The notes under the pieces: generated by a model
Databases searched by the model: none
Told to the model about the DNA's origin: nothing
Seen by the model: the letters and a program-made list of their open reading frames with translations, nothing else
Shown: in pieces, positions 44,194 to 55,496 of the stretch
Numbering within the stretch: the first letter of the stretch is position 1
Layout: the number at the start of each line of letters is the position of its first letter
NCBI GenBank assembly: GCA_963808015.1
Contig: CAWEEG010000020.1
Location: forward strand, 1,051 to 65,050
Direction of reading: 5' to 3'
Origin: an uncultured Actinomycetota bacterium
Lineage (GTDB): Bacteria > Actinomycetota > Acidimicrobiia > Spongiisociales > UBA5794
DNA: 64,000 nucleotides
Program-made: the position numbers and the translations under genes

Positions 44194-45413
44194 TGCCATT
44201 CCCACTCGACCTCCACGAACTGGGCACCCCCGCTACCTACACGATCTTCGTGTTCATCGGCATCGGGTTCGGATTCATGCTCGAGCAAGCCGGGTTCGGG
44301 CGCAGCACGAAACTCGCCGCGCAGTTCTACTTCAAGGACTTCGCCATGTTCCGAGTCATGTTCACGGCTGTGATCACCGCCATGGTTCTGACCTTCGGAG
44401 CGGTCGGCATCGGCATCCTCGACTTCAGAAAGGTCTTTGTTCCCGGAACGTATCTGTGGCCGATCGCCATCGGCGGATTCATCCTCGGCGTCGGATTCCT
44501 CATCGGTGGCCTCTGCCCGGGAACGTCGATCGCAGGCGCCGCGACGCTCAAACTCGATGCCATGGTCTTCCTCGCCGGCGTCGTCATCGGTGTGTTCGTC
44601 TTCGGTGAGACGGTCCCCTACTTCATGGGGTTCTGGACAGCCTCGGACTTCGGACGACTCACACTCCCGGAGTGGCTGGGCATCCCAACCGGGGTCATCG
44701 TCTTGTTCATCGTCGTGTTCGCACTCCTGCTGTTCTGGGGTTCCGAAGCGCTCGAGAAGAAGCTCGACGGGACGGACCCGGCCGACGCCCCCAAAGGCCG
44801 CTACATCGGAGCCGGTGTGATTGTCGTCCTCGCTCTTCTTGTTCTCTTGCTCGGCGACCCGACGACCGGCGACTACTGGGATGCGGTGGCGGCCGACGAA
44901 CAGGCACGACTCGACAACCGTGAAGTGCAGATCCACCCGGGAGAGCTTCTCGGATTGATGAACGACACGTTCGTCAATCTCATCATGCTCGACGTACGCG
45001 ACCAGCGGGACTACAACCAGTTCCACCTCAGGGCCGCGCGCCAGACCGACCCGACGCTCGACGCCGTCGAGTCCGCCGCACCCGACCTGATCGGGCTCAC
45101 CCCGAGATCCGTCATCGTCGCGATGAGCAACGATGAACGCGACGCAACCGAGGCGTGGAAGACGCTCGTCGCCAACAACGTCATCAACACGTACATACTC
45201 GAAGGTGGGATCAACGAATGGATCGAAGTCTTCGGAGAAGATGCCGATCCGAGACCGACCACCTATCCGGACCAATTGGCGTTCACGTTCACATCAGCCC
45301 TCGGAGGTCGCTGCGTGGCCTCCGACCCCCACGCCGACGACTTCGAACTCATCTACGAGCCGAAAGTGGTGATCGCCGGCCCCGCAGCCGTAGTAGGCGG
45401 AGGATGCGGATAG
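44193..45413 (+). CDS. YeeE/YedE half-protein fused to a rhodanese-like domain lacking the catalytic cysteine
   Basis: The N-terminal ~200 aa are polytopic with GFLIGGLCPGTS (YeeE-type Cys motif). The C-terminal LIMLDVRDQRDYNQFHLRAA...VIVAMSNDERDATEAW...YILEGGINEW has the rhodanese fold pattern, but Met-Ser replaces the active-site Cys. It ends ...VVGGGCG. Confidence 0.6.
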   Translation: MPFPLDLHELGTPATYTIFVFIGIGFGFMLEQAGFGRSTKLAAQFYFKDFAMFRVMFTAVITAMVLTFGAVGIGILDFRKVFVPGTYLWPIAIGGFILGVGFLIGGLCPGTSIAGAATLKLDAMVFLAGVVIGVFVFGETVPYFMGFWTASDFGRLTLPEWLGIPTGVIVLFIVVFALLLFWGSEALEKKLDGTDPADAPKGRYIGAGVIVVLALLVLLLGDPTTGDYWDAVAADEQARLDNREVQIHPGELLGLMNDTFVNLIMLDVRDQRDYNQFHLRAARQTDPTLDAVESAAPDLIGLTPRSVIVAMSNDERDATEAWKTLVANNVINTYILEGGINEWIEVFGEDADPRPTTYPDQLAFTFTSALGGRCVASDPHADDFELIYEPKVVIAGPAAVVGGGCG

Positions 45414-45420
45414 GAAGAGT

Positions 45421-45526
45421 CAAGACTTGAGACACGAGACATGAGACTTGAGACAAGCGGCAGACCACCTGCCCGGACATCAAGCTGGATTGGTCTCGGA
45501 TCTCGGATCTCGGATCTCGGATCTGG
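45421..45526. repeat. repeat family 2, copy 4
   Basis: The left arm is CAAGACTTGAGACACGAGACATGAGACTTGAGACAAG, followed by a 34-nt spacer. The right arm is GGTCTCGGATCTCGGATCTCGGATCTCGGATCTGG, about four tandem TCTCGGA heptads. Lies between convergent stops (45413 and 45527). Confidence 0.8.
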
Positions 45527-45997
45527 CTATTCGTCGGTAGCGAGCGCTTCCTTGACGAGACGAGCCACCAGCGCCCCATCTAGGTCTTTTCCACTCTTCA
45601 TTACCGCGCCGATTAGTTGGCCGGTCATCTTCGGGTCGGTGGCACCGAGGCCGGCGATGGTCTGGTCGACCAGAGCGCGGGTTGCCGCCTCGTCCAGCTT
45701 CTGAGGGAGGTAGGCAGACAGGTAGTCGATCTCGAACGTGAGCTTGTCGGCTTGCTCTTGCCCTCGTTCACCCAGAGCCTCGTATTCGCCGCGAGCTTTG
45801 CTCATCCGCTTGACGTAGGTTGCGATCGTCGCCAGGTAGAGATCGTCATCAACTTCACCGTCAAACCCCGGTGATGCCTTGGCCACCGAGATCTCCGATT
45901 GGATCTGGCGGATCACGTTGAGGGTTGAGCGATCCCCGCTCTTCATGGCGGACTTCTGCGCCGCGGTCAACTGCTCCTGAATAGTCATCTGTTCCAT
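45527..45997 (-). CDS. GatB/YqeY domain protein
   Basis: (MEQ)MTIQEQLTAAQKSAMKSGDRSTLNVIRQIQSEI...YLPQKLDEAATRALVDQTIAGLGATDPKMTGQLIGAVMK follows the typical YqeY pattern. The start is 45997 or 45988. Confidence 0.8.
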   Translation of the reverse strand: MEQMTIQEQLTAAQKSAMKSGDRSTLNVIRQIQSEISVAKASPGFDGEVDDDLYLATIATYVKRMSKARGEYEALGERGQEQADKLTFEIDYLSAYLPQKLDEAATRALVDQTIAGLGATDPKMTGQLIGAVMKSGKDLDGALVARLVKEALATDE

Positions 45998-46125
45998 CTC
46001 CGATCGACTGTGAGAAAGGGTACCCGGGACCAAAGTCCCATATTTACAAATCGTTTGCGCCCTTCCAGGTCGTGGCAATACACTGTTGCTACCCCGCCGA
46101 GAGCTGGCTCCCAAGCGGGGTACCT

Positions 46126-46141
46126 TGTGAACCGATTCACA
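46126..46141. promoter_or_regulatory. perfect CRP/GlxR-type palindrome TGTGA-N6-TCACA upstream of the WhiB-like gene
   Basis: The sequence is tTGTGAaccgatTCACAt. It ends 42 nt upstream of the GTG at 46184. Confidence 0.5.
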
Positions 46142-46183
46142 TTCACGAGGCCATATCAGAATCCGCTTCGAGGAGACATTACT

Positions 46184-46459
46184 GTGCTTACCGTGACCGA
46201 CTGGCGAGAACTGGCCGCCTGTCGTGACTCCGATCCAGACCTGTTCTTCCCCATTGGGACAACAGGCCCCGCCACCGACATGATCCGCCAGTCAGTGGCT
46301 ATCTGCTCTGCCTGCTCAATGCAGGAAGAGTGTCTCCAATACGCCTTGGAGACGAACCAGGAAGCCGGCGTCTGGGGTGCCTACCCCGAAGACGACCGAC
46401 GTCGCCTCAGGAAGCGCTGGTTGGCCGAGCGCCGCCGCCAACGTCAAGCGGCGAGCTAG
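46184..46459 (+). CDS. whiB: WhiB-family (Wbl) Fe-S transcriptional regulator
   Basis: DWRELAACRDSDPDLFFP...AICSACSMQEECLQYALETNQEAGVWG has four Cys in the Wbl pattern (C-Xn-CxxC-X5-C) and a GVWGG-like turn, followed by a basic tail. The start is GTG at 46184 or 46193. Confidence 0.85.
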   Translation: MLTVTDWRELAACRDSDPDLFFPIGTTGPATDMIRQSVAICSACSMQEECLQYALETNQEAGVWGAYPEDDRRRLRKRWLAERRRQRQAAS

Positions 46460-46517
46460 ACACTCCCACGTCCAATCCGGATCTATCGACTCGACGGTTC
46501 GACGCGAACGAGCCAGC

Positions 46518-46757
46518 TCAACTGAAGCCGATGTCGCGATGGCTCGCCGTCTCGATCTCGACAAACGCAACCTTCTCGAGGACGATACCGTGCTGGTAGC
46601 CGCGGTTGTCCGTGACCCACAGGAGCTCGGCCCCCTCGTTGACGGCCGTCTCGAACTCAGTCGCGATGTTGTGGCCCGGTTCGACCTCGATCTCGAGCTC
46701 ACGGGTCGCCGCCATCCCGAAGCGGACTTTCACGGTCTCGCTGATCATGTCGGGCAT
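46518..46757 (-). CDS. DUF3107-like small protein
   Basis: 79 aa. VKVRFGMAATRELEIEV...LLWVTDNRGYQHGIVLEKVAFVEIE matches my recollection of the actinobacterial DUF3107 pattern. Confidence 0.5.
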   Translation of the reverse strand: MPDMISETVKVRFGMAATRELEIEVEPGHNIATEFETAVNEGAELLWVTDNRGYQHGIVLEKVAFVEIETASHRDIGFS

Positions 46758-46793
46758 GTCACCATTTCTCCTCGGTAGTGGGATTCGGATCCC

Positions 46794-47900
46794 TCAGTTG
46801 TTGACAATAAGTTCGGGGTGCGAGCGAACTTGCGGCTTCCGGTCTTCGATCTCCTGCGCGAGGCGATCGAAGGCCGCGGTGGCGTCGCCATCCGGGTCAA
46901 CGGCAACCGCAGGCAACCCGCGGTCCGCCCCGTCTCGAACGGTCGGCTCCAGCGGGATCTGCGCCAGCAGGTCGGTCTTGAGATGCTCGGCAAGTGCAGC
47001 ACCGCCCCCTTCACCGAAGATCGTATATCGCTTCCCGTCATCGCCGGTGAACCACGACATGTTCTCGACCACACCGAGCACGTCCTGGTTGACCTTCTCT
47101 GCCATGAGACCGGCCTTCACCGCGACCCGTCCCGCCGTCGGCTGCGGGGTTGTGACCACGATCGTTTCGGAACGCGGAAGGAACTGGCTCAGCGAGATCG
47201 CGACGTCCCCGGTGCCCGGAGGCATGTCGATGAGGAGGTAGTCCGGTTCGTCCCACAACACATCGACGAGGAACTGCTCGAGGGCCTTGTGCAGCATTGG
47301 TCCGCGCCAGATGACGGCCTGATCTGGGGCAATGAAGAAGTCCATCGACATCACGGCCACTCCGTGGGCCTCCGGCGGAATCAGCATCTCGTCAAGGACA
47401 ACCGGCTGGCGATCAACGCCGAGCATCTTCGGTATCGAATAGCCCCACACATCGGCGTCGATGAGCCCGACCCGTTTCCCACGAGCGGCGAGCGCTACAG
47501 CGAGATTGGCCGAAACCGACGACTTGCCAACGCCGCCCTTGCCCGAAGAGATGCCAATGACGCGTGTCTTTGAACCGGCCTTCCCGATCGTCACTTCGCG
47601 AGTAGCGACACCCCGGACCTGCTCGACGATGCCCGCGCGATCCGCATCACTCATCGATGTGAACTCGACGCTCACACCTGCAACACCCTCCACGCTCATC
47701 GCTGCTGCGGTGACGTCCGCGGTGATGGTGTCCTTCAGCGGGCACCCGGGAACGGTGAGCGCCACCATCACATGGACCGACCCGTCGGGTCCGATGGTCA
47801 CATCACGGAGCATCCCCAACTCCTCCAGACTCCGATGCAATTCAGGATCCTGAACCGCCCCAATGGCGGCTCGGAGCGTGTCGACATCCACCACGAACAA
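46794..47900 (-). CDS. Mrp/ApbC/NBP35-family Fe-S cluster carrier ATPase
   Basis: 368 aa. An N-terminal DUF59-like domain (VQDPELHRSLEELGMLRDV) is followed by the deviant Walker A SGKGGVGKSSVS and the CPxC-like region. The start is TTG at 47898-47900. Confidence 0.88.
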   Translation of the reverse strand: MFVVDVDTLRAAIGAVQDPELHRSLEELGMLRDVTIGPDGSVHVMVALTVPGCPLKDTITADVTAAAMSVEGVAGVSVEFTSMSDADRAGIVEQVRGVATREVTIGKAGSKTRVIGISSGKGGVGKSSVSANLAVALAARGKRVGLIDADVWGYSIPKMLGVDRQPVVLDEMLIPPEAHGVAVMSMDFFIAPDQAVIWRGPMLHKALEQFLVDVLWDEPDYLLIDMPPGTGDVAISLSQFLPRSETIVVTTPQPTAGRVAVKAGLMAEKVNQDVLGVVENMSWFTGDDGKRYTIFGEGGGAALAEHLKTDLLAQIPLEPTVRDGADRGLPAVAVDPDGDATAAFDRLAQEIEDRKPQVRSHPELIVNN

Positions 47901-47967
47901 CTCCTATCGAGATAGTGGATAGAAACTATAGTGATGAGCGGTCATCCAGAATCTCGACGGGAACGGC

Positions 47968-48682
47968 ATGGATACCGAAGCGTTTGATCAACAAGTCTCC
48001 GACCTCGCCGCCACGCTCGGCGACGCAACTCGTCGCGGGATCTACGTCACGGTTCGTGAGTCTCTTGAACCCGTCACCGCTTCTCAGATTGCTGACCTGT
48101 TCGATATCCACTCAAACGTGGCTCGCCACCACCTCGACCGGCTCGTCGCCGACGGATACCTCCAGGTGACGCGAAAGCGACCAGCGGGGCGGACGGGTCC
48201 CGGAGCGGGTCGTCCGGCGAAGCACTACGAACCGACCCGCAAGAACGTGTCGGTGCAGTTCCCTGCCGCGACGCTACGACCTCCTCACCGAACTGCTCCT
48301 ACGCGTCATCGAGCGAGTTGCGCCCGAGAACGCTGCCGAGATCGCCGACGAGATCGGCCGAGAGTACGGGCGCGAACTCGCGTCAGAGATCGGATTCCCC
48401 GACGAGTCCGGCTACGAAGCCGCAGCAATCGCTGTCGCCAAAGCGCTGATGGGTGTCGGATTCGAAGTCGAAGCTCAGCCGGGCGAACACCGACTCGTGA
48501 CTCGATTCTGCCCGTTCGGGGAGTCCGCGAAGAACCACCCCGTGATCGTTTGCCAACTCGACCAGGGACTCGTCTCCGGCCTACTCGAAGGGACCACGCA
48601 GATCCCCGTCGCAATCGTCAACCCCCACGGCAACGACGAAGGAGACTGCGTAACAAGCTTCGGCGCCGGACCCAACACCTGA
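47968..48682 (+). CDS. ArsR/COG2345-type winged-helix transcriptional regulator, one frame break near 48270
   Basis: The N-terminal wHTH is LGDATRRGIYVTVRESLEPVTASQIADLFDIHSNVARHHLDRLVADGYL. After VQFPA the sense continues in the frame of 48449..48682 (RYDLLTELLLRVIERV...RFCPFGESAKNHPVIVCQLDQGLVSG). Confidence 0.6.
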
Positions 48683-48696
48683 GCCGCCGGTACGGA

Positions 48697-49241
48697 CTAC
48701 TGATTACTGCCTACTGAGCCAACAAACGCGCCGATCTCTTCCTGCGACCGCAGATGCACGCGCCTCAGGTCCGCCCACCTCGGGTCCTCGAACGTCCGCG
48801 CATACCGCTCCTTGACCTCTTGTGGCGGGTCCAGGTCCACAGGAGAATGTTCTCCTCCGGTCTCGGATCAACAATGTTCCGCCACCTCTCCTGGTTGCCG
48901 TTCCAGAGCTTCTCGCCCCGAGAAACCCGTCGGAGTGTCCGCGCAGCAACCCGCCGCATCGTCTGTGAGCGAGGCAGGTCGAGCCACACAACGGTGTCAA
49001 CTCGCGGCCAGACGATGTCCGTGATCCCCTGACCCGTGTAGTTGCCGTCCACAACCCAGGCATCCCCATCGGTGAACGCACGGACCGCATCCTGGAATTC
49101 GTTCGTGGGCAGCTGCGTCCAGCCGGGTTGGTGAAACACCGAGTCCAACTCGAGATGCGGGATACCAAGCGCGATCGATATGCCCCTTGCCACCGTCGAC
49201 TTGCCGGATCCCGGGCTGCCTACAACTGCGATGCGTTCCAC
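48697..49241 (-). CDS. P-loop kinase-like protein (adenylate-kinase / topology-modulation family), one frame break near 48835
   Basis: MERIAVVGSPGSGKSTVA carries the Walker A. The tail VKERYARTFEDPRWADLRRVHLRSQEEIGAFV...stop at 48697 lies in a shifted frame. Confidence 0.6.
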
Positions 49242-49326
49242 GACTCGGATTCTGGCCTGATTGTCGGAGGTAAGGTCGCCCGTGTGAGCTGGATCGAGAC
49301 CATCGACGCCGAGGACTGGGACGGCG

Positions 49327-50445
49327 ATGACTGACTACCTGCAGCAGGCCCGATCGATCCACTCGTCACTTCCGGTGATCGATGGGCACAACGACCTCCC
49401 GTGGGCCCTGCGAATCAGGGCCGGGTCCGACATCGACGTTGCCGACCCATGCCAACCCCTTGCCGGCTACCACACCGACGTTCCTCGCCTCGAGGTGGGC
49501 GGAGTTGGCGCCCAGTTCTGGTCTGTCTTTGTTCCGGCATGGGATCCGACACCGTTTCGCACCACCATCGAACAGATCGACCTCGTGCAGCGCATGACCG
49601 ACCGGTGCGACCGGCTTGTCCAGGCAGATTCGGCCGAGGACGTCATAGCGGCACGGGGGCTTGGGAAGACGGCCTCGTTGATGGGGGCCGAGGGTGGGCA
49701 CACGATCGAGAACTCGCTCGCCGCATTGCGCACGCTGCGGCGCCTGGGTGTCCGATACATGACCCTCACCCACGGCGACACCATCGATTGGGCGGATTCC
49801 GCAACCGACGAACCGCGGCACGGTGGCCTCACCGGCTTCGGAGAGGACGTTGTTCGCGAGATGAACCGGATCGGCATGGTGGTCGACATCTCACATGTAT
49901 CTGCCGAAACGATGCGCCATGCTCTGTCGGTGAGTGACCGGCCTGTCATGGCGTCACACTCGAGCGCATTCGCAATCGCTCCGCATCCAAGGAACGTGCC
50001 CGACGACGTGCTCGGCATGGTGCGAGCCAACAACGGTGTCGTGATGGTGAACTTCTATCCACCGTTCGTGAACCGTGACGCTGCTGAGCAGGCAATGGGC
50101 AAGTTCGAGGTTGCGCGAAGGTTGATGGCGGAACTCGGTGATGACGCCGCGGTCGAGGCCGAACTCGCGCGGATGCTCGAAGAGAACCCGTACCCGGAGG
50201 TCGGCATCTCAGAGATCGTCGACCACATTGAGCACATCGCGAACGTTGCGGGCGTCCGGCATGTCGGCCTCGGCTCCGACTACGACGGTGTCGACGCAAC
50301 CCCCATAGGCCTCGAAGACGTCAGCACCTACCCGGCAATCACGGTTGAGCTGCTCCGTCGCGGTTGGGCGGAGCCTGACATTCGGGGCGTCCTCGGTGAG
50401 AACGCGTTGCGAGTGCTCGCCGCGAACGACGCGGTAGGTGGCTGA
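49327..50445 (+). CDS. membrane (M19-family) dipeptidase
   Basis: 372 aa intact. Contains VIDGHNDLPW, YMTLTHGDT, VDISHVS and MASHSSA motifs of renal-dipeptidase-type enzymes. Confidence 0.85.
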   Translation: MTDYLQQARSIHSSLPVIDGHNDLPWALRIRAGSDIDVADPCQPLAGYHTDVPRLEVGGVGAQFWSVFVPAWDPTPFRTTIEQIDLVQRMTDRCDRLVQADSAEDVIAARGLGKTASLMGAEGGHTIENSLAALRTLRRLGVRYMTLTHGDTIDWADSATDEPRHGGLTGFGEDVVREMNRIGMVVDISHVSAETMRHALSVSDRPVMASHSSAFAIAPHPRNVPDDVLGMVRANNGVVMVNFYPPFVNRDAAEQAMGKFEVARRLMAELGDDAAVEAELARMLEENPYPEVGISEIVDHIEHIANVAGVRHVGLGSDYDGVDATPIGLEDVSTYPAITVELLRRGWAEPDIRGVLGENALRVLAANDAVGG

Positions 50446-50525
50446 GCAGGACGGCCGACATCACAGCTAGCCGTCCGCGCCTCGCCGCTCGTAGCCGGCA
50501 CTTCGTGGTTTGCAGGCTCTCCCGC

Positions 50526-51884
50526 CTATCTCCCCGCCGCTGCCCGCATCTTCGCCAGCGCCGCATGCGCGGCATTGATCAACGGATGTACGGTCGGAGA
50601 TGGCCCCAATAGCGGGTGCGTGGCTATTTGCATCATGTCGAGTTCACGAACCGTGACCTTCTTCTGAATGGCTACGGCGATCACGTTGATCAGTTCACCG
50701 ACCGACGGGCCGCCCGATGCCTGGCCGCCGAGGAGGATCCCGGACTGGTCGGCGAAGACCAGCTTGACCTTCATCGGCATCGCTCCCGGCAAGGTACCCG
50801 GGTGCCGGTCGGGCGCTTCGGCTGTCGCACAGACGTATCTGAATCCTTCCCGTTCGGACGCGCGGCACGTCATGCCTGCGCTGGCAAAGGCAACTCCGTT
50901 GATCTGCGTCGAGAACGCGGAGATCGTCCCGGGGATTTGCCGCAGCACACGGATCCCATACAGGTTCGTCCCTGCGACGCGGGCCTCGGCCGTAGCGGTG
51001 GATGCAAGCCATACCGGCACGGGTTTACGTGTGAAGAAGTCTCGCTTCTCCGCGCAATCGCCCACGGCGAAGATGCCGTCCACGCTGGTTCGCATGTAGT
51101 CGTCTACCCAGATCGATCCGTCGCCAGCGAGGCGCAGGCCTCCGTCGACGGCCAGGCCCACGTTCGGCTTCGCTCCGATGCTGACCAAAACGGCATCAGC
51201 GTCAAGCTTGACGCCATCGTCGAGCACGACCCCGTCGACGTGGCTGTCGCCGTCAAAGGCAGTCACGCGCACACCAGTGTGGACAACGATGCCCTTGGCC
51301 TCGAGGCGCCGCCTCACGTCGCGGCAGAACTCCTCATCAAAGGCCGCAGGCAATAGGTCCGACATCAGTTCAACGAGATGGACCTCGAGATTGTCCATAT
51401 CGCCGAGTTCGTCGGCGAATTCCGCTCCGATGAACCCACCGCCGACGATCACGACGTTGCGGCAGCTCTGGAAGGTCTCCCGCAAGGCGACGGTGTCCGT
51501 CATCGATTTGCGGATCGTGTAGACACCTTCCCGATCGACCCCGGGAATCGGAGGAAGCACGGCCTCGGTTCCGGTGGCCAAGACCAGCTTGTCGAAGGTC
51601 AACGTATCGCCACTCGCCAAGGTCAACTCTCTGGTCTCGGTGTTCAATCCGACGACCTCGTCCACGACGATGTCGACCCCGGCATTCTGCAGCGGCATGT
51701 CCGCCATGACGTTCTTCTTGGGATCGTCCATGGTGTCAACCATGTAGGGGATGGCGCACGGAATCACTCCATCGCCGATCTCCTTAATGAGACACACGCT
51801 CTTGTCGGGATACACACTCTTGGCCGTCACTGCTGCGATCAGACCGGCCGGTCCGCCACCGACGACGACCACGTCCTTGTTCAT
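50526..51884 (-). CDS. FAD-dependent pyridine nucleotide-disulfide oxidoreductase (NADH oxidase / CoA-disulfide reductase type)
   Basis: Contains VVVVGGGPAG (FAD GxGxxG), GVIPCAIPY (single redox Cys), VVIVGGGFIGAEF (NAD site) and FAVGDCA. The start is MNKDVV at 51884. Confidence 0.8.
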   Translation of the reverse strand: MNKDVVVVGGGPAGLIAAVTAKSVYPDKSVCLIKEIGDGVIPCAIPYMVDTMDDPKKNVMADMPLQNAGVDIVVDEVVGLNTETRELTLASGDTLTFDKLVLATGTEAVLPPIPGVDREGVYTIRKSMTDTVALRETFQSCRNVVIVGGGFIGAEFADELGDMDNLEVHLVELMSDLLPAAFDEEFCRDVRRRLEAKGIVVHTGVRVTAFDGDSHVDGVVLDDGVKLDADAVLVSIGAKPNVGLAVDGGLRLAGDGSIWVDDYMRTSVDGIFAVGDCAEKRDFFTRKPVPVWLASTATAEARVAGTNLYGIRVLRQIPGTISAFSTQINGVAFASAGMTCRASEREGFRYVCATAEAPDRHPGTLPGAMPMKVKLVFADQSGILLGGQASGGPSVGELINVIAVAIQKKVTVRELDMMQIATHPLLGPSPTVHPLINAAHAALAKMRAAAGR

Positions 51885-52065
51885 ATCTGGACCCCTTCCT
51901 GGCTTGTCAACCGATCGAGTTGTGTCACCCGGATTTCGGTCGCGGGGATCCCTGCGACGCACCGGTGATTCACTCGATTTCTGCCATACCAACACACCAG
52001 GCTAGGAGGCCGAAACGCCGGCGAAGTCGGCCAAAACACGGACCAGAGGCCTATGGCCCGGGTTG

Positions 52066-54744
<2,679 letters not shown>

Positions 54745-54925
54745 GCTGGGTCCTCGCAGGCATCTCGCGGTCTGGCTCTCGGAATAGGGTCATCATATCC
54801 AGAAGCGTCGCCGCCGAATCGAACGCGGCCGACCGAGTGAGCCGCAGTGAGCGTGCTCCCCCGACACCGACGTGAGCTGCGCCTCGGACTCCTCGATATC
54901 AGTAGCCCATGGGTATCGTCCAACC

Positions 54926-55495
54926 ATGGCCGGCACCCAATTCGCGAATCGACGGCGCCTCGGTTTCGGAGTGCTGCTCATGGCTGTGGCACTCCTAGGA
55001 GCGGCTTGCTCCGACGCAGACCAAGCGGCGAGCGATGTGCCGGATTTGGCCGACGTAGCCGGTGCCGACGCCAGCGTGCCCGAGGGCGATATGGCTGCGG
55101 ACTTCACGGTGATGACGCTCGACGGCACCGGGTTCACACTTTCGGAACACCTCGAGGAAGACGGCCGTCCGGTGTTTCTCAATATGTGGGCATCGTGGTG
55201 TCCGCCATGCAAGGCTGAGATGCCGGACATCAATTCGGCATCGCAGTCACACGAAGACGTGAAGTTCGTCGGCGTAGCCGTCAACGACGACCCGGCAGCG
55301 GCGGCGGAGTTCGCCACGTCGATCGGGATTCACTACACAATCGGATTCGACGACGGAGCCGTCTCTCAGGGCTACAACGTCCGCGGCCTACCGGCGACAT
55401 TCATCATCTCGTCGGATGGTGTCATCCTCGAACAGATCTTCGGTGCCGTGTCTGAGGCCGATATCGACGAGAAACTCGAGCAGTGGTTCTCGTAG
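54926..55495 (+). CDS. TlpA/ResA-like thioredoxin-fold lipoprotein
   Basis: A lipobox-type signal (LLMAVALLGAACS) is followed by FLNMWASWCPPCKAEMP (the WCxxC redox motif). Confidence 0.8.
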   Translation: MAGTQFANRRRLGFGVLLMAVALLGAACSDADQAASDVPDLADVAGADASVPEGDMAADFTVMTLDGTGFTLSEHLEEDGRPVFLNMWASWCPPCKAEMPDINSASQSHEDVKFVGVAVNDDPAAAAEFATSIGIHYTIGFDDGAVSQGYNVRGLPATFIISSDGVILEQIFGAVSEADIDEKLEQWFS

Positions 55496-55496
55496 A

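Noticed and set aside
45421-45526. Heptad repeat arrays considered as a possible CRISPR array or minisatellite-encoded peptide.
   Set aside because: The repeat unit is only 7 nt with no unique spacers. The arrays occur as inverted arms forming hairpins. No cas genes are present. I reported them as a repeat family instead.
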